Shown here piece after piece: positions 20,366 through 29,638 of a DNA stretch of 64,000 bases. The stretch's first letter is position 1; each line of letters opens with the position of its first letter. Origin of the DNA: Bdellovibrionales bacterium (GTDB lineage: Bacteria; Bdellovibrionota; Bdellovibrionia; Bdellovibrionales; JAGQZY01); contig JBGSUL010000089.1 in the NCBI GenBank assembly GCA_041736155.1, positions 16,090 to 80,089 of the forward strand, given 5' to 3'. Under the pieces are notes generated by a model. That model ran no database searches. It had not been told where the DNA came from and worked only from the letters and a program-made list of their open reading frames with translations. The translations under genes were made by a program, and so were the position numbers.

Positions 20366-21124
20366 TTAGAAGTAGAATGTCGCGAGGGCGCCGGTGCGAA
20401 ATTGATGGGCTTCGATAGCGTCTTTGTCGATGACAGGTGTCGCTGTTTGCTCGATAAAGAAATTGAGGCCAAAAACATTTCCTAAGCGCAGGTTGTATCC
20501 TATTTGAATCGGTACAAATAAAGACGATGCGGCATCTTTTACGCAGGGATAAATAGAGACACTGTTGTCACTTTTGGCGGAACAGTGTTGGGTTACTGGT
20601 GTGGCCAAGCGGGGTCCAGCATAGAGAGAATGTTTACCGCTCCCTAAAACCAACTCGAAATAAATAGGAATCTCAAAACTTAAAACTTGATAAGATGTTT
20701 CGCCCGAACTCGTCCATAACCACCAAGTGTAATCTTGCGTGAGCTGACGATAAACCAACTCACCACCTGTGCTCATGGCAAATTTGGGAGTGAAGTAATG
20801 CCTAACGAGAAAACCACCAGCGCCACCGATTTCGGTTTCACTTTCGGGATCTTCATAGGACCCTTGGGGATTGATTTTAGAATTTGCTACTTGAAAATCA
20901 AGACCAACCACGGCTCGCCATTGCCAATCCTCACGCTCTTGAACGTTGTGGTGAGCTTCTTCCTGCACAGGCTCCACGGGCACATAGACAGGAGGCGCTG
21001 GCGACACAGGTGCCACGACCGCTTCTGGTTTTGCTTTTTTGTTTTTGGCAGGCGCACTTGGTTCTGCGGCAAAAACAGATGAGACAAAAACTGTCGACAA
21101 AATTATAATTAAAAACGATTTCAT
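20366..21124 (-). CDS. Outer-membrane beta-barrel protein
   Basis: Signal peptide MKSFLII..VFA, Pro-rich linker, FEIPIYF and YAGP strands, C-terminal FYF. Confidence 0.78.
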   Translation of the reverse strand: MKSFLIIILSTVFVSSVFAAEPSAPAKNKKAKPEAVVAPVSPAPPVYVPVEPVQEEAHHNVQEREDWQWRAVVGLDFQVANSKINPQGSYEDPESETEIGGAGGFLVRHYFTPKFAMSTGGELVYRQLTQDYTWWLWTSSGETSYQVLSFEIPIYFELVLGSGKHSLYAGPRLATPVTQHCSAKSDNSVSIYPCVKDAASSLFVPIQIGYNLRLGNVFGLNFFIEQTATPVIDKDAIEAHQFRTGALATFYF

Positions 21125-21134
21125 GGAGTTCTCC

Positions 21135-21602
21135 TTACTCTGCTTTGTCTGCTTTTTTCCAAACAAGATTGTTAGCTATTTTTTTACCGGTGATTTTACC
21201 ATCGCCGCTAGGATTGTCATAAACACTGCCAATAGTGATTTTATAATCGCCCTTGGCTTCCTCTTCGTGGCGGCACACGAGGCCAAATTTCTTTTGCTCA
21301 TGGGGCCTGAAATCAATAGTTCTTTCTCCGGTGTTAAAAAAAGTGTGTTTCACTTCACCATGACGGGAACCCCGGTCACAACTGATCTCGTAAAGATAAA
21401 CAATTATGCCCTTATCACTCTCATTTTTAATGACCATTTCAAAGTCAAATTTTTCTCCCTTGTCTTTGATCCAATTGACCCACATCGAAGCCACACCCGG
21501 TGCCGTCACTGGTTTTTGATCGGTCATGACTTTCTCTGAGGCTTGCGCGCCGGAGATAGTAAAACTGCTCAAAAAGAAAATTCCTAAAAATATATGTTTC
21601 AT
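21135..21602 (-). CDS. Secreted beta-rich hypothetical protein
   Basis: AGGAG RBS; signal peptide ending AQA-S; ATG overlaps the deacetylase stop. Confidence 0.7.
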   Translation of the reverse strand: MKHIFLGIFFLSSFTISGAQASEKVMTDQKPVTAPGVASMWVNWIKDKGEKFDFEMVIKNESDKGIIVYLYEISCDRGSRHGEVKHTFFNTGERTIDFRPHEQKKFGLVCRHEEEAKGDYKITIGSVYDNPSGDGKITGKKIANNLVWKKADKAE

Positions 21603-22285
21603 ACAGACTCCTTGTCTTTTTTCGGTAGAGCTGCAAATTCCCATCCATGCTCGCGTCCTTGTTTTAATAACAGTCTCAGCGTGCACAAAAACGAAAGCTG
21701 ATTCTGCAACTTCTGTCTATCGTGTAAAAGAAGGATGTCACCACTTTGCAGGCGAGGCAATAGCTTTAACACCTGCGACTCTTGCCAGGAAAAAAGCGTG
21801 TCGTAAAAACGACGATTCCATAAATAAAGCGGTGTGTGAATCTGTCGAAGTGCTTGCAACAGTGGCGGACAAACCACACCACTGGGAGAACGAAAACCCA
21901 CCGTTGCTTCCCCGAGGATTTGACTCAAGGCATCCTCACTGCGCAAAATCCAATCACGCAGATGCGGGACTCCTTTAAAAAAGTGTGCGTACGTGTGGTC
22001 CTCGGAGTGATTACCCACTCGATGCCCCTGCTGATGGATTTTTTTTACTAAGGATTTTTCTTGCTGTGCTTTTTGTGCAATTAAAAAAAAAGTAGCCGAG
22101 ACGGAATATTCGCTCAGTACGGCAAGCACTTGCTCAGTAAATACGGCATCCGGACCATCGTCAAAAGTTAAAAACAGAGTGCGCTCATGAACAGGTAAAG
22201 AGCGAATCACTTGTTCATTGCCAAAAAGTTTTTGCGTTATGACATCAAACATGAAGTGCCCAACGGATTTGTGATTTTCCACCAT
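21599..22285 (-). CDS. Polysaccharide deacetylase (CE4/NodB), cluster-associated
   Basis: LTFDDGP, ATFF, GNHSEDH, FRSPSG, ILLLHD. Confidence 0.92.
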   Translation of the reverse strand: MVENHKSVGHFMFDVITQKLFGNEQVIRSLPVHERTLFLTFDDGPDAVFTEQVLAVLSEYSVSATFFLIAQKAQQEKSLVKKIHQQGHRVGNHSEDHTYAHFFKGVPHLRDWILRSEDALSQILGEATVGFRSPSGVVCPPLLQALRQIHTPLYLWNRRFYDTLFSWQESQVLKLLPRLQSGDILLLHDRQKLQNQLSFLCTLRLLLKQGREHGWEFAALPKKDKESV

Positions 22286-23018
22286 TGGGTTTAGCCATAT
22301 TTAAGGGCGATGAGTCTTTGCGAAGCACTGCTTGTGCCAAAGATTCTATCGCTTGTGAGTCGTAAAACTCACCCGTCGCAAATTGCTCACCGACATGATG
22401 AAACGTTTGCGACTGACAATAGTCAATTTGAGGAACCTGCAGAGAACCCAAGGGAGGCAGATTGTGCTGCTGACAAAAACTTTCGTTGGCAAGAACAACC
22501 GCTCCCGCCCCCTGCCCCCAACCCGCATGAGGAAATCCTTCGCCCTTGAGAAAAGAAAAACTTTCGTGAATGCGTGTATCGACACCAACCACGGCCACTA
22601 CTGGACACAACCTTGCGGTCAAAAGCTGCAACGCCATATCTAACGCTTCTTCTCCGCTAAAATAATGATGACTGAGTGTGAAAGTCGGCGCCGTGATGTG
22701 CTCGTGCAGAGATAAAAAACCCGTTGTTGAATTGTGCAGGCTGCTTTGAAAAACAAAAGGACGCGCATGTTTATGGACCGCCCACTCTTTCAAAAATTCA
22801 ATGGTGGAATTAAACTCACCGTGACCCGTGGCCAAGATCAAACTCATCTGTTCCGCAAAAGCGGGAACAGCTTGGCGCAAGGGACCGAGGGCCTCGCTCA
22901 AAACAGCGCTGGCCATTTTCATATTGAGTGTGGCTTTGCGAAATTCGGCGCGTCGATCGAGCTCTTGAACATGAGCGGGATTTAATGCCGCAGCGGCGAT
23001 GATTTGCATTTGCTCCAT
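22245..23018 (-). CDS. Ketosynthase chain-length-factor-like protein
   Basis: KS N-terminal fold features, PFVFQSSLHN motif, no catalytic Cys-His-His; adjacent to a KS. Confidence 0.75.
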   Translation of the reverse strand: MEQMQIIAAAALNPAHVQELDRRAEFRKATLNMKMASAVLSEALGPLRQAVPAFAEQMSLILATGHGEFNSTIEFLKEWAVHKHARPFVFQSSLHNSTTGFLSLHEHITAPTFTLSHHYFSGEEALDMALQLLTARLCPVVAVVGVDTRIHESFSFLKGEGFPHAGWGQGAGAVVLANESFCQQHNLPPLGSLQVPQIDYCQSQTFHHVGEQFATGEFYDSQAIESLAQAVLRKDSSPLNMAKPNGGKSQIRWALHV

Positions 23019-24166
23019 CAGACCCGCCCCAAAACCAGGCTGGCATTGACGCCACCAAAACCCAAAGTGTTTTTTAAAATGATATCCACCGGCTGATGAG
23101 CATGCTCTTTGGCAATGCTCAGATTGATTTGTGGATCGAGATCTTGCAACCCCATGGTGGCAATTTGTGTTTGCTCACAGAGTCCTTGATAACTAATAAC
23201 AGATTCAAAAACTCCCGAAATACCCAGCGTGTGTCCGTGCGACCCTTTTGTGGAGCTAATAAAAGGTCGATGATTTTTTAAAAGATATTTGAGAGCGGCA
23301 CCTTCGGCCAAATCATTGTTAATTGATCCGGTTCCATGCGTGTGCACCCAACCGATTTGCTCTTCACTGATTTTGGCTTTGGCCAACGCACTGGCCATGG
23401 CACGGTACGCTCCTTGGCCTTCGGGGTGAGGCGACGTCATATGGTAGGCGTCCGAAGACAAACCGTACCCAAGCAACTTTGCTTTGGCTGAGCCCTTGTC
23501 TTTCTGTAGACACAAAAAAGCGGCACCTTCCGAAAGATTAATACCTGCACGTTGCTGATCAAAAGGACGGCACGGCTGCGCCGAAAGAAGTTTCAAGGAG
23601 CGAAAACCTTCGACGGTGAGATCACACAAAACTTCGGCACCACCCACCAAACAACGATCTACCTTGCCGGTTTCAATCCACAGACTGGCCAGTGCCAAAG
23701 CTTGGGTGGAGGCCGCACAGGCCGATGCTATTAACGTCCGTGGACCCGTAAATTCTTGGGGAAACCCTAGGTACTCTGGAGCCGAAACACAGAACTCATC
23801 CAAGACGGTTCCCAAAGGATGGTGCTTAAACGGTGGTGATTCGGATTGGTGTTGAAATAAATAGGCGAGCTCTTTTTCCCAAACAATAATTTGCCCCGTC
23901 GTGGTGGCAAAAATAATTCCGTCGCGCGGGGAAAAGTGGGTCCAACCGGCTTCGTGAATCGCTTCACGAGCGGCCCACAGACTCATTTGCAAAGGCCAAC
24001 TTTTTGATTTTAATTCTTGTGCGATAAGATGCCGATCACCGTCGCCCACATAACCGAGACCTTGCTCATTGAGGCCGATCCGTCGCTGATACAGCGCTTG
24101 AAAAAGTTTTTCTTTTCCAAGGCCGAAGCTACTGACCACACCGGCGCCAGCGATCCATATCGACAT
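23018..24166 (-). CDS. Beta-ketoacyl-ACP synthase (KS 1)
   Basis: SACAAS, HGTGS, GHTLG, GFGG. Confidence 0.93.
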   Translation of the reverse strand: MSIWIAGAGVVSSFGLGKEKLFQALYQRRIGLNEQGLGYVGDGDRHLIAQELKSKSWPLQMSLWAAREAIHEAGWTHFSPRDGIIFATTTGQIIVWEKELAYLFQHQSESPPFKHHPLGTVLDEFCVSAPEYLGFPQEFTGPRTLIASACAASTQALALASLWIETGKVDRCLVGGAEVLCDLTVEGFRSLKLLSAQPCRPFDQQRAGINLSEGAAFLCLQKDKGSAKAKLLGYGLSSDAYHMTSPHPEGQGAYRAMASALAKAKISEEQIGWVHTHGTGSINNDLAEGAALKYLLKNHRPFISSTKGSHGHTLGISGVFESVISYQGLCEQTQIATMGLQDLDPQINLSIAKEHAHQPVDIILKNTLGFGGVNASLVLGRV

Positions 24167-24447
24167 TAAGCGCCCTGGGTCGCGATAAAGTCCACCAAAG
24201 TTCCCAAGTTTTGCATGTGAACGCGGGCCATCTCAGCATCGGGAAACTTCAATTTGTACTTTTGCTCAATGGCAATTACAATTTCGAGAATATCCACAGA
24301 GTCCAAACCTAAACCCGTAGCACCAAAAACAGTCTCACGCTGGAAGCTCTCACGGGGAACGTGGCGGAGATTGACCGATTCGATTATTAATCCCACAAGA
24401 TCTTCAAAAAGAATTTGCTTATTTTCAGACATTTCCTGGCTTATCAT
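24166..24447 (-). CDS. Acyl carrier protein 1
   Basis: GLGLDSVDILE. Confidence 0.9.
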   Translation of the reverse strand: MISQEMSENKQILFEDLVGLIIESVNLRHVPRESFQRETVFGATGLGLDSVDILEIVIAIEQKYKLKFPDAEMARVHMQNLGTLVDFIATQGA

Positions 24448-24496
24448 GATCGCTCCACTTGACTCTCGACTTCAGAACCTTTTAATACAGTTAATT

Positions 24497-25120
24497 ATGC
24501 GCAGTCCAATCTTTTTACGTAGTCTTCCCCTTCTGTTTTTCGTTTATGTTGCACATAGCCGAACCCTTGCTGCCACTCAGGTGAGCTCTCAAGAACTTTC
24601 GCAACTCCTTGCCCCCTATACACAAATCCAAAAAATCAGCGCCGACTTTAATCAAAAGAAATTCCTTAAAGATTTAAAAATTGAACTTCTTTCCAACGGC
24701 TCCATGACTTTTGAACGCCCGCAAAATATTCGCTGGACGATCCATAAACCTAGCCCGTTGGAAGTGGCCATTGATAACGACAAAATATCCCTCACCACAC
24801 AAAATGGCGACGCACCGGTGGTGATTCCTTTTTCTCAGATTGGCAAAAATCAAAACACCTCGGGGCTTTCGTTGATGATTCCCTGGCTGGCTGGAGATGC
24901 TGAGCAGATTTTAAAGTCTTTTGAAGTTACGAAAGAGGGAGATCAACTGTTTTCATTGGTTCCGCGGACGTCGGGCTCGCTCTTTCGCTTGATCCAAATT
25001 AAAACAGCTTCGGCAAAAGGCAAAAATCCCGGGTGGATTGAATCGCTCACGCTCAATGAAACATCTGGAGATGCCATCGAAATCCGTTTTAAGGCCGTGA
25101 AAATTGCAAAAACTCGCTAG
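24497..25120 (+). CDS. LolA-like lipid/lipoprotein carrier
   Basis: Signal peptide; SADFNQKK, SNGSMTFERP..IRW...P, ETSGD...IRF. Confidence 0.88.
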   Translation: MRSPIFLRSLPLLFFVYVAHSRTLAATQVSSQELSQLLAPYTQIQKISADFNQKKFLKDLKIELLSNGSMTFERPQNIRWTIHKPSPLEVAIDNDKISLTTQNGDAPVVIPFSQIGKNQNTSGLSLMIPWLAGDAEQILKSFEVTKEGDQLFSLVPRTSGSLFRLIQIKTASAKGKNPGWIESLTLNETSGDAIEIRFKAVKIAKTR

Positions 25121-27272
25121 TTTCTTTTTACTGACTCTGCTTGTCCTTCCTGTTTCTGTCCGTGCCTTGTCGTGGATGGACCGTTCGCATTCGGTATTTT
25201 TGCCAAACAGTCTTAATGCCCAACTCACCATGCAGATGGATTTTCCATTATTCTGGTGGAACTTTGTGATTATCGAACCCCAAGATCAGAAACCGGCTTT
25301 TGCATTGGCCAATGAATTTTGCCAAGCTCTACGTCAGCACACCACCGGCCCCCAAGCGCCCATTAAGAAATCGGCGTGTCCTGATCTGTCTCCACTCCTC
25401 CCCTTAATCACCAGTTGGAGTCAGGATCTTTTTTCTCGTGAGCCGGCCCCCTCGCGTGTCCAGGTGCAAACACAATTTTCGCTCGCGATGACCAAAGCCA
25501 GTCAGCCCTTAGATCGTGCTCTATTGGATATTGTTCGGTATGATCCGATGAATTCGGTGGCGCAGCTACAGAGTCGTTTGTTGGAAAATGTGTCTTTTGG
25601 CTTCACCAAAGAAAATGGTTTTTTTGTCGATAAAACCACAAAGCGAATAATTCTCCCCTTCCAAATGACTTTTCCTCCCAGCGATACACAAACGACCCGC
25701 CAAATAGTCAGCGCCCTTCCACTTCCCCCTACGTTTTCGCTGATCGGCCCGCATTTTTCCACTTTGGAGAATGAAGACAACGTCATGCAAAGTTTGGATC
25801 GCACGACTCTTTTGGGAGTTTTGCTTTTGTTTTTGCAAATTGCTTTGGTGATTTGGAAACGGCGATGGAGTTACTTTCTACTCATTCCTCCAGTACTGGG
25901 CGGAATGCTCGGAGCTACTCTTACGACCGTGGCGATTTATGGATCGATTCATGGACTCACTCTCTCGCTCGGCGCGGGACTGATTGCCCTCGCTCTGGAT
26001 TATGGTTTGCACAGTGCCCATAACATTCGTTGGAAAGGCGTATGGAAAGCCAATCTCTTCGGTTTGCTCACCACGTTTGCGGGGCTCTTGTCGATTGCCC
26101 TCAGTGATATTCCTCTTCTGCAACAAATGATGGTTTTTGCATCCTCAGGTCTGGCACTCTCCTATTTATTTTATTATCTCCTCCATACGGCTTACCCACA
26201 GTGGACTTACGCCAAACCTTTTGCCATCACAATTAAAACCCATAAGCTCAAAACAACCATAGCTTTAGCACTTTCCGTTTTGGGAATCATCTGTGCCATG
26301 GTTTTAAAGCCCGACCTCAATATGCATCAATTCGATGCGCAAAGTCCTGCGACACTGGAAAAATTGCGCTGGCTTTATTCGCATATTCATCAGCGCATGC
26401 CACTCTTCTCGGTGCGTCCTCTTTCCGAAAACACCTGGCGTGAGGCCGAACAACAAAAGACCTGGGCGCAACAGCACTCCCTTTCTGCCAGTAATTTTTC
26501 CTATTTTGTAGCTCCGCCTGAGGAACAGTTGAAGAATCTCGAGTCTTGGAAAAAACTATGTCCTTTAACATTTTTTAACAATACCGAAAAAATTCTTTTT
26601 GATCCTTTTCTCTCTCACTGGCCCTGCGAAAACTTACCTACGGTTTCTTTGCAGTCACCGCCTGAATATATCAAAGACATGGTGACCAAAACCCATTGGC
26701 TCACCAGTTGGTTCCCACAAAATGATCAACATATTAAAGAAATTCAGAGCGAAGATCCACTGGCCCTTTCTTTGCGTGAACTCATTCAAAAATTTCCAGA
26801 GATCTTACAAAAAGAATTGCAGTGGATGTTGCCGCTATCGATTTTAATTTGTCTCGCCTTACTCACGACCTATTTTGGTTTTAGAAAGTGGCGCGAGTGT
26901 ATCATCTGCTTGCTGCCCTTCTTTTGTGGCGGTGGGGCTTACTTTTTTTGTGTGCTTGTTTTTGGTTGGAGTTTTAGTTTTATCAGCGTCGTGGCATTGA
27001 TCATGGTTTTTGGCTTGAGTCTTGATTACGGGATTTTTGCAGCTAACCTGTATCTTCTCGAACGCCCCCCTCCTGCGGAAGGTGTGTGGTCGTGCCTGGC
27101 TCTGTGCGCCCTCATTACTATTCTTGGATTTTTACCTCTCGCCGTTTGCCAACATCCCGTTTTGCGCCATTTAGGACAAACCTTGGTGATGGGTTCTCTC
27201 GGCACTTGGATTGGCACTGCGTGGGGAATCCCCGGAGTGTTTGCATGGCTCAAAAAGGAACCTTTGTTGTGA
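25104..27272 (+). CDS. MMPL/RND-type lipid exporter
   Basis: Two TM bundles with ALDY and GLSLDYGIF motifs, each with a large periplasmic loop. Confidence 0.85.
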   Translation: MQKLASFFLLTLLVLPVSVRALSWMDRSHSVFLPNSLNAQLTMQMDFPLFWWNFVIIEPQDQKPAFALANEFCQALRQHTTGPQAPIKKSACPDLSPLLPLITSWSQDLFSREPAPSRVQVQTQFSLAMTKASQPLDRALLDIVRYDPMNSVAQLQSRLLENVSFGFTKENGFFVDKTTKRIILPFQMTFPPSDTQTTRQIVSALPLPPTFSLIGPHFSTLENEDNVMQSLDRTTLLGVLLLFLQIALVIWKRRWSYFLLIPPVLGGMLGATLTTVAIYGSIHGLTLSLGAGLIALALDYGLHSAHNIRWKGVWKANLFGLLTTFAGLLSIALSDIPLLQQMMVFASSGLALSYLFYYLLHTAYPQWTYAKPFAITIKTHKLKTTIALALSVLGIICAMVLKPDLNMHQFDAQSPATLEKLRWLYSHIHQRMPLFSVRPLSENTWREAEQQKTWAQQHSLSASNFSYFVAPPEEQLKNLESWKKLCPLTFFNNTEKILFDPFLSHWPCENLPTVSLQSPPEYIKDMVTKTHWLTSWFPQNDQHIKEIQSEDPLALSLRELIQKFPEILQKELQWMLPLSILICLALLTTYFGFRKWRECIICLLPFFCGGGAYFFCVLVFGWSFSFISVVALIMVFGLSLDYGIFAANLYLLERPPPAEGVWSCLALCALITILGFLPLAVCQHPVLRHLGQTLVMGSLGTWIGTAWGIPGVFAWLKKEPLL

Positions 27273-28927
27273 AAAAGTCCATACAGCTAGCAAAAAAACT
27301 TTTTTTAGGCGGGATTTTAAGTTTATGGCTTTTGTGGTCGTGTGCGGTGTTGATTTTTCATTGGGGCACACTCCCACAAAAAGATTTCCTCGCTTTGCAA
27401 AAAATTCCGATAACTCATTCAGCACTGTGGATCAAAAGCACTCCCGAATTTCCCATGCAGCATCTGGTTTTAGAGGGGTCGGCTTTTGAGCGCGGTTGGC
27501 TGGCTGGCCAACACACTCAGCATCTCCTATACGAGCAAGAAAAAGAATTGACCACACTTTTAAAAAAAGTTTTCCCCTACCGTTTTTTGTTTCAAACTTT
27601 TGAACTGGCATTGATTCCCCTTTTTAAAGGCACCGAAAAAGATATTCCTCGCGATTTCCTCGAAGAAATGTACGGAGTGTCTCTCGCCACTTCGGCCGAA
27701 TTTGCGCCTTACGCTGAAGCCTTTACTCGTCAATTGGCCTATCACGGCCTCTACGAAGTAGGACAAATGATGGTGGATCAGTTCCATGATGACCGTTTGG
27801 AAAATATGGGCTGCACGGCTGTTCTCGCCCAACAAGAAAACTCGTGGATGGTGGGACGTAACTTTGATTTTGAAGGCGGCCCCACACTCGACGAGAAAAA
27901 AATTCTTAAGTGGGTCTTTCCGGAAGGAAAATATGCCTACCTCTCTGTGATTTGGGCAGGTATGGTGGGTTCCGTCACCGCAGTCAATGAGCATGGCCTG
28001 TACTTATCTATCAACGCCGCGGGCACTCAAGAATTCCGCCGCCAGGGTGTACCCACCACACTTCTTCTCACGCGCGTGATGGACTCCGCCCGAAACAGTG
28101 ACGAAGCTCTTCAGCTATTGCAAAACACACCAACGATTTCATCGGCACTTTTTGTACTTGTCTCCGCCCGCGAAAACAAAGCCTTTCGTGTAGAAAAATC
28201 TCCCAATACCACACGCATAATCCCCATCGCAGAAAATACCGCTATCACCAATCATTTTATCAGTGCTGATTGGGATCACGACCCCATCAATCTCTTTCGC
28301 AAGGAAGAACTCACCAGTCAGTATCGACAAGCGCGCGGGCAAGAGCTTGCGCACGCACTGACTCCACAATTTCAAGAAAAAGAGATGGCTGAGATTTTGC
28401 GCGACAAACACGGTTTGCACAATGCACCCCGCTCTCTCGGGCATCGCCAAAGTATTGATTCTTTGATCGCCAACCATTCGGTGATTTACAATGGTGAAAA
28501 AGAGCACATTTATGTCAGTGTAGGCCCCCATCTGATCAACGACTATTTAGGTTACGATCTGAAAGCGTCTTTTCAACAACGTCGTCCGCAATTTGTGCAG
28601 AAAATATCTGCCGATCCTGAGGTGACTCCCGAAATTTATGAAAACTACCTAGGGTTTCAAAGACAGCTCGAGGAATTGGCCCAGCACTTACACACGAATA
28701 AAGATGTTGGCTGGCTCGCCACCTCCCCTCTCTTGCGAGAAATGCAACAAAGAGTGCAAACATACCCACAGCTAGAAAATTCGACCTACAATGAACTCCT
28801 TGGTCAACTCGCCCGTCGGCAAAATCAAAAGGACCAAGCTAAAAAATATTTTCTACGGGCTTTACAACTTGTTCCCGCCTACAAACGCGAGCAAACTTAT
28901 ATAACAGAGGTGCTTCATGCTTTATAA
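27269..28927 (+). CDS. C45-family (Ntn-hydrolase) acyltransferase with C-terminal TPR-like tail
   Basis: MG-CT autocleavage site, GRNFDF, NEHGL, TNHF; GTG start overlaps the MMPL stop. Confidence 0.87.
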   Translation: MKKSIQLAKKLFLGGILSLWLLWSCAVLIFHWGTLPQKDFLALQKIPITHSALWIKSTPEFPMQHLVLEGSAFERGWLAGQHTQHLLYEQEKELTTLLKKVFPYRFLFQTFELALIPLFKGTEKDIPRDFLEEMYGVSLATSAEFAPYAEAFTRQLAYHGLYEVGQMMVDQFHDDRLENMGCTAVLAQQENSWMVGRNFDFEGGPTLDEKKILKWVFPEGKYAYLSVIWAGMVGSVTAVNEHGLYLSINAAGTQEFRRQGVPTTLLLTRVMDSARNSDEALQLLQNTPTISSALFVLVSARENKAFRVEKSPNTTRIIPIAENTAITNHFISADWDHDPINLFRKEELTSQYRQARGQELAHALTPQFQEKEMAEILRDKHGLHNAPRSLGHRQSIDSLIANHSVIYNGEKEHIYVSVGPHLINDYLGYDLKASFQQRRPQFVQKISADPEVTPEIYENYLGFQRQLEELAQHLHTNKDVGWLATSPLLREMQQRVQTYPQLENSTYNELLGQLARRQNQKDQAKKYFLRALQLVPAYKREQTYITEVLHAL

Positions 28928-29429
28928 GTTTGTGTTTTTTGTCCTTCTCTTAAGTCCATTGAGCTGTGCGCACCGCCCACCGTTTCGCCATATGAATTCC
29001 CTTTTTCCGGTAGGCACTTATAAACACACTGTGAAGGTCGAGGCCTTGAACTTGCCTGCCATGTCCTTTAACGGCATTCTTTCCCTCAACGCTGACGAAT
29101 TAAAACTTTATCTTTTAGGTCCAATGGATATCACTGCCGCCAAGGTGGTGGAAAACTTCCCGCAAGAAAAGTTGGACATCTCTGTGCATTTACTTCAACT
29201 GAAACAGTACGAGAGCCAAATAGAAGCTCTCTACGAGGTGCTGCGTTCCTTTATTCTTTTCCCACGCGATCAAGCAGAGTGGGGACTTTTGCGCTTTCAG
29301 GAGGATGTTTACAAAGGGCCAAGGCAACTAGAAATTACTGTGCAAAAAGTCTCGCCAAAAGATTTTCACCCCACGCATTTTACGCTGAAAAATCCTCAAT
29401 TCACTGTCCGTGTCGAGGAGCAGCTATGA
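28917..29429 (+). CDS. Lipoprotein, DUF3261-like
   Basis: Lipobox LSC; beta-rich; position resembles the lipoprotein of aryl-polyene clusters. Confidence 0.55.
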   Translation: MLYKFVFFVLLLSPLSCAHRPPFRHMNSLFPVGTYKHTVKVEALNLPAMSFNGILSLNADELKLYLLGPMDITAAKVVENFPQEKLDISVHLLQLKQYESQIEALYEVLRSFILFPRDQAEWGLLRFQEDVYKGPRQLEITVQKVSPKDFHPTHFTLKNPQFTVRVEEQL

Positions 29430-29638
29430 TGCGAACCTTTTTCTGGTCCTTCCTTGCCGCCTGCTTACTGCTGAGCAATGGGATTATTTTATACCAACGC
29501 TGGTGGTTGATCCAGGTCCCGGGACAGGTGCCGGTGTCTCTGGTCTACTCAACTCTTCTAATAAATGGTGGGTTAAGTTATTATTTTTTTCGTCGTGCAC
29601 GAAGCGCGGCAATGTGGACCAAAAAGGGTAAAAGTTAA
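29426..29638 (+). CDS. Possible small two-TM protein overlapping the opposite-strand gene
   Basis: GAGGAG and ATGA overlap with the upstream stop; two hydrophobic helices and a basic tail. Confidence 0.35.
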   Translation: MMRTFFWSFLAACLLLSNGIILYQRWWLIQVPGQVPVSLVYSTLLINGGLSYYFFRRARSAAMWTKKGKS

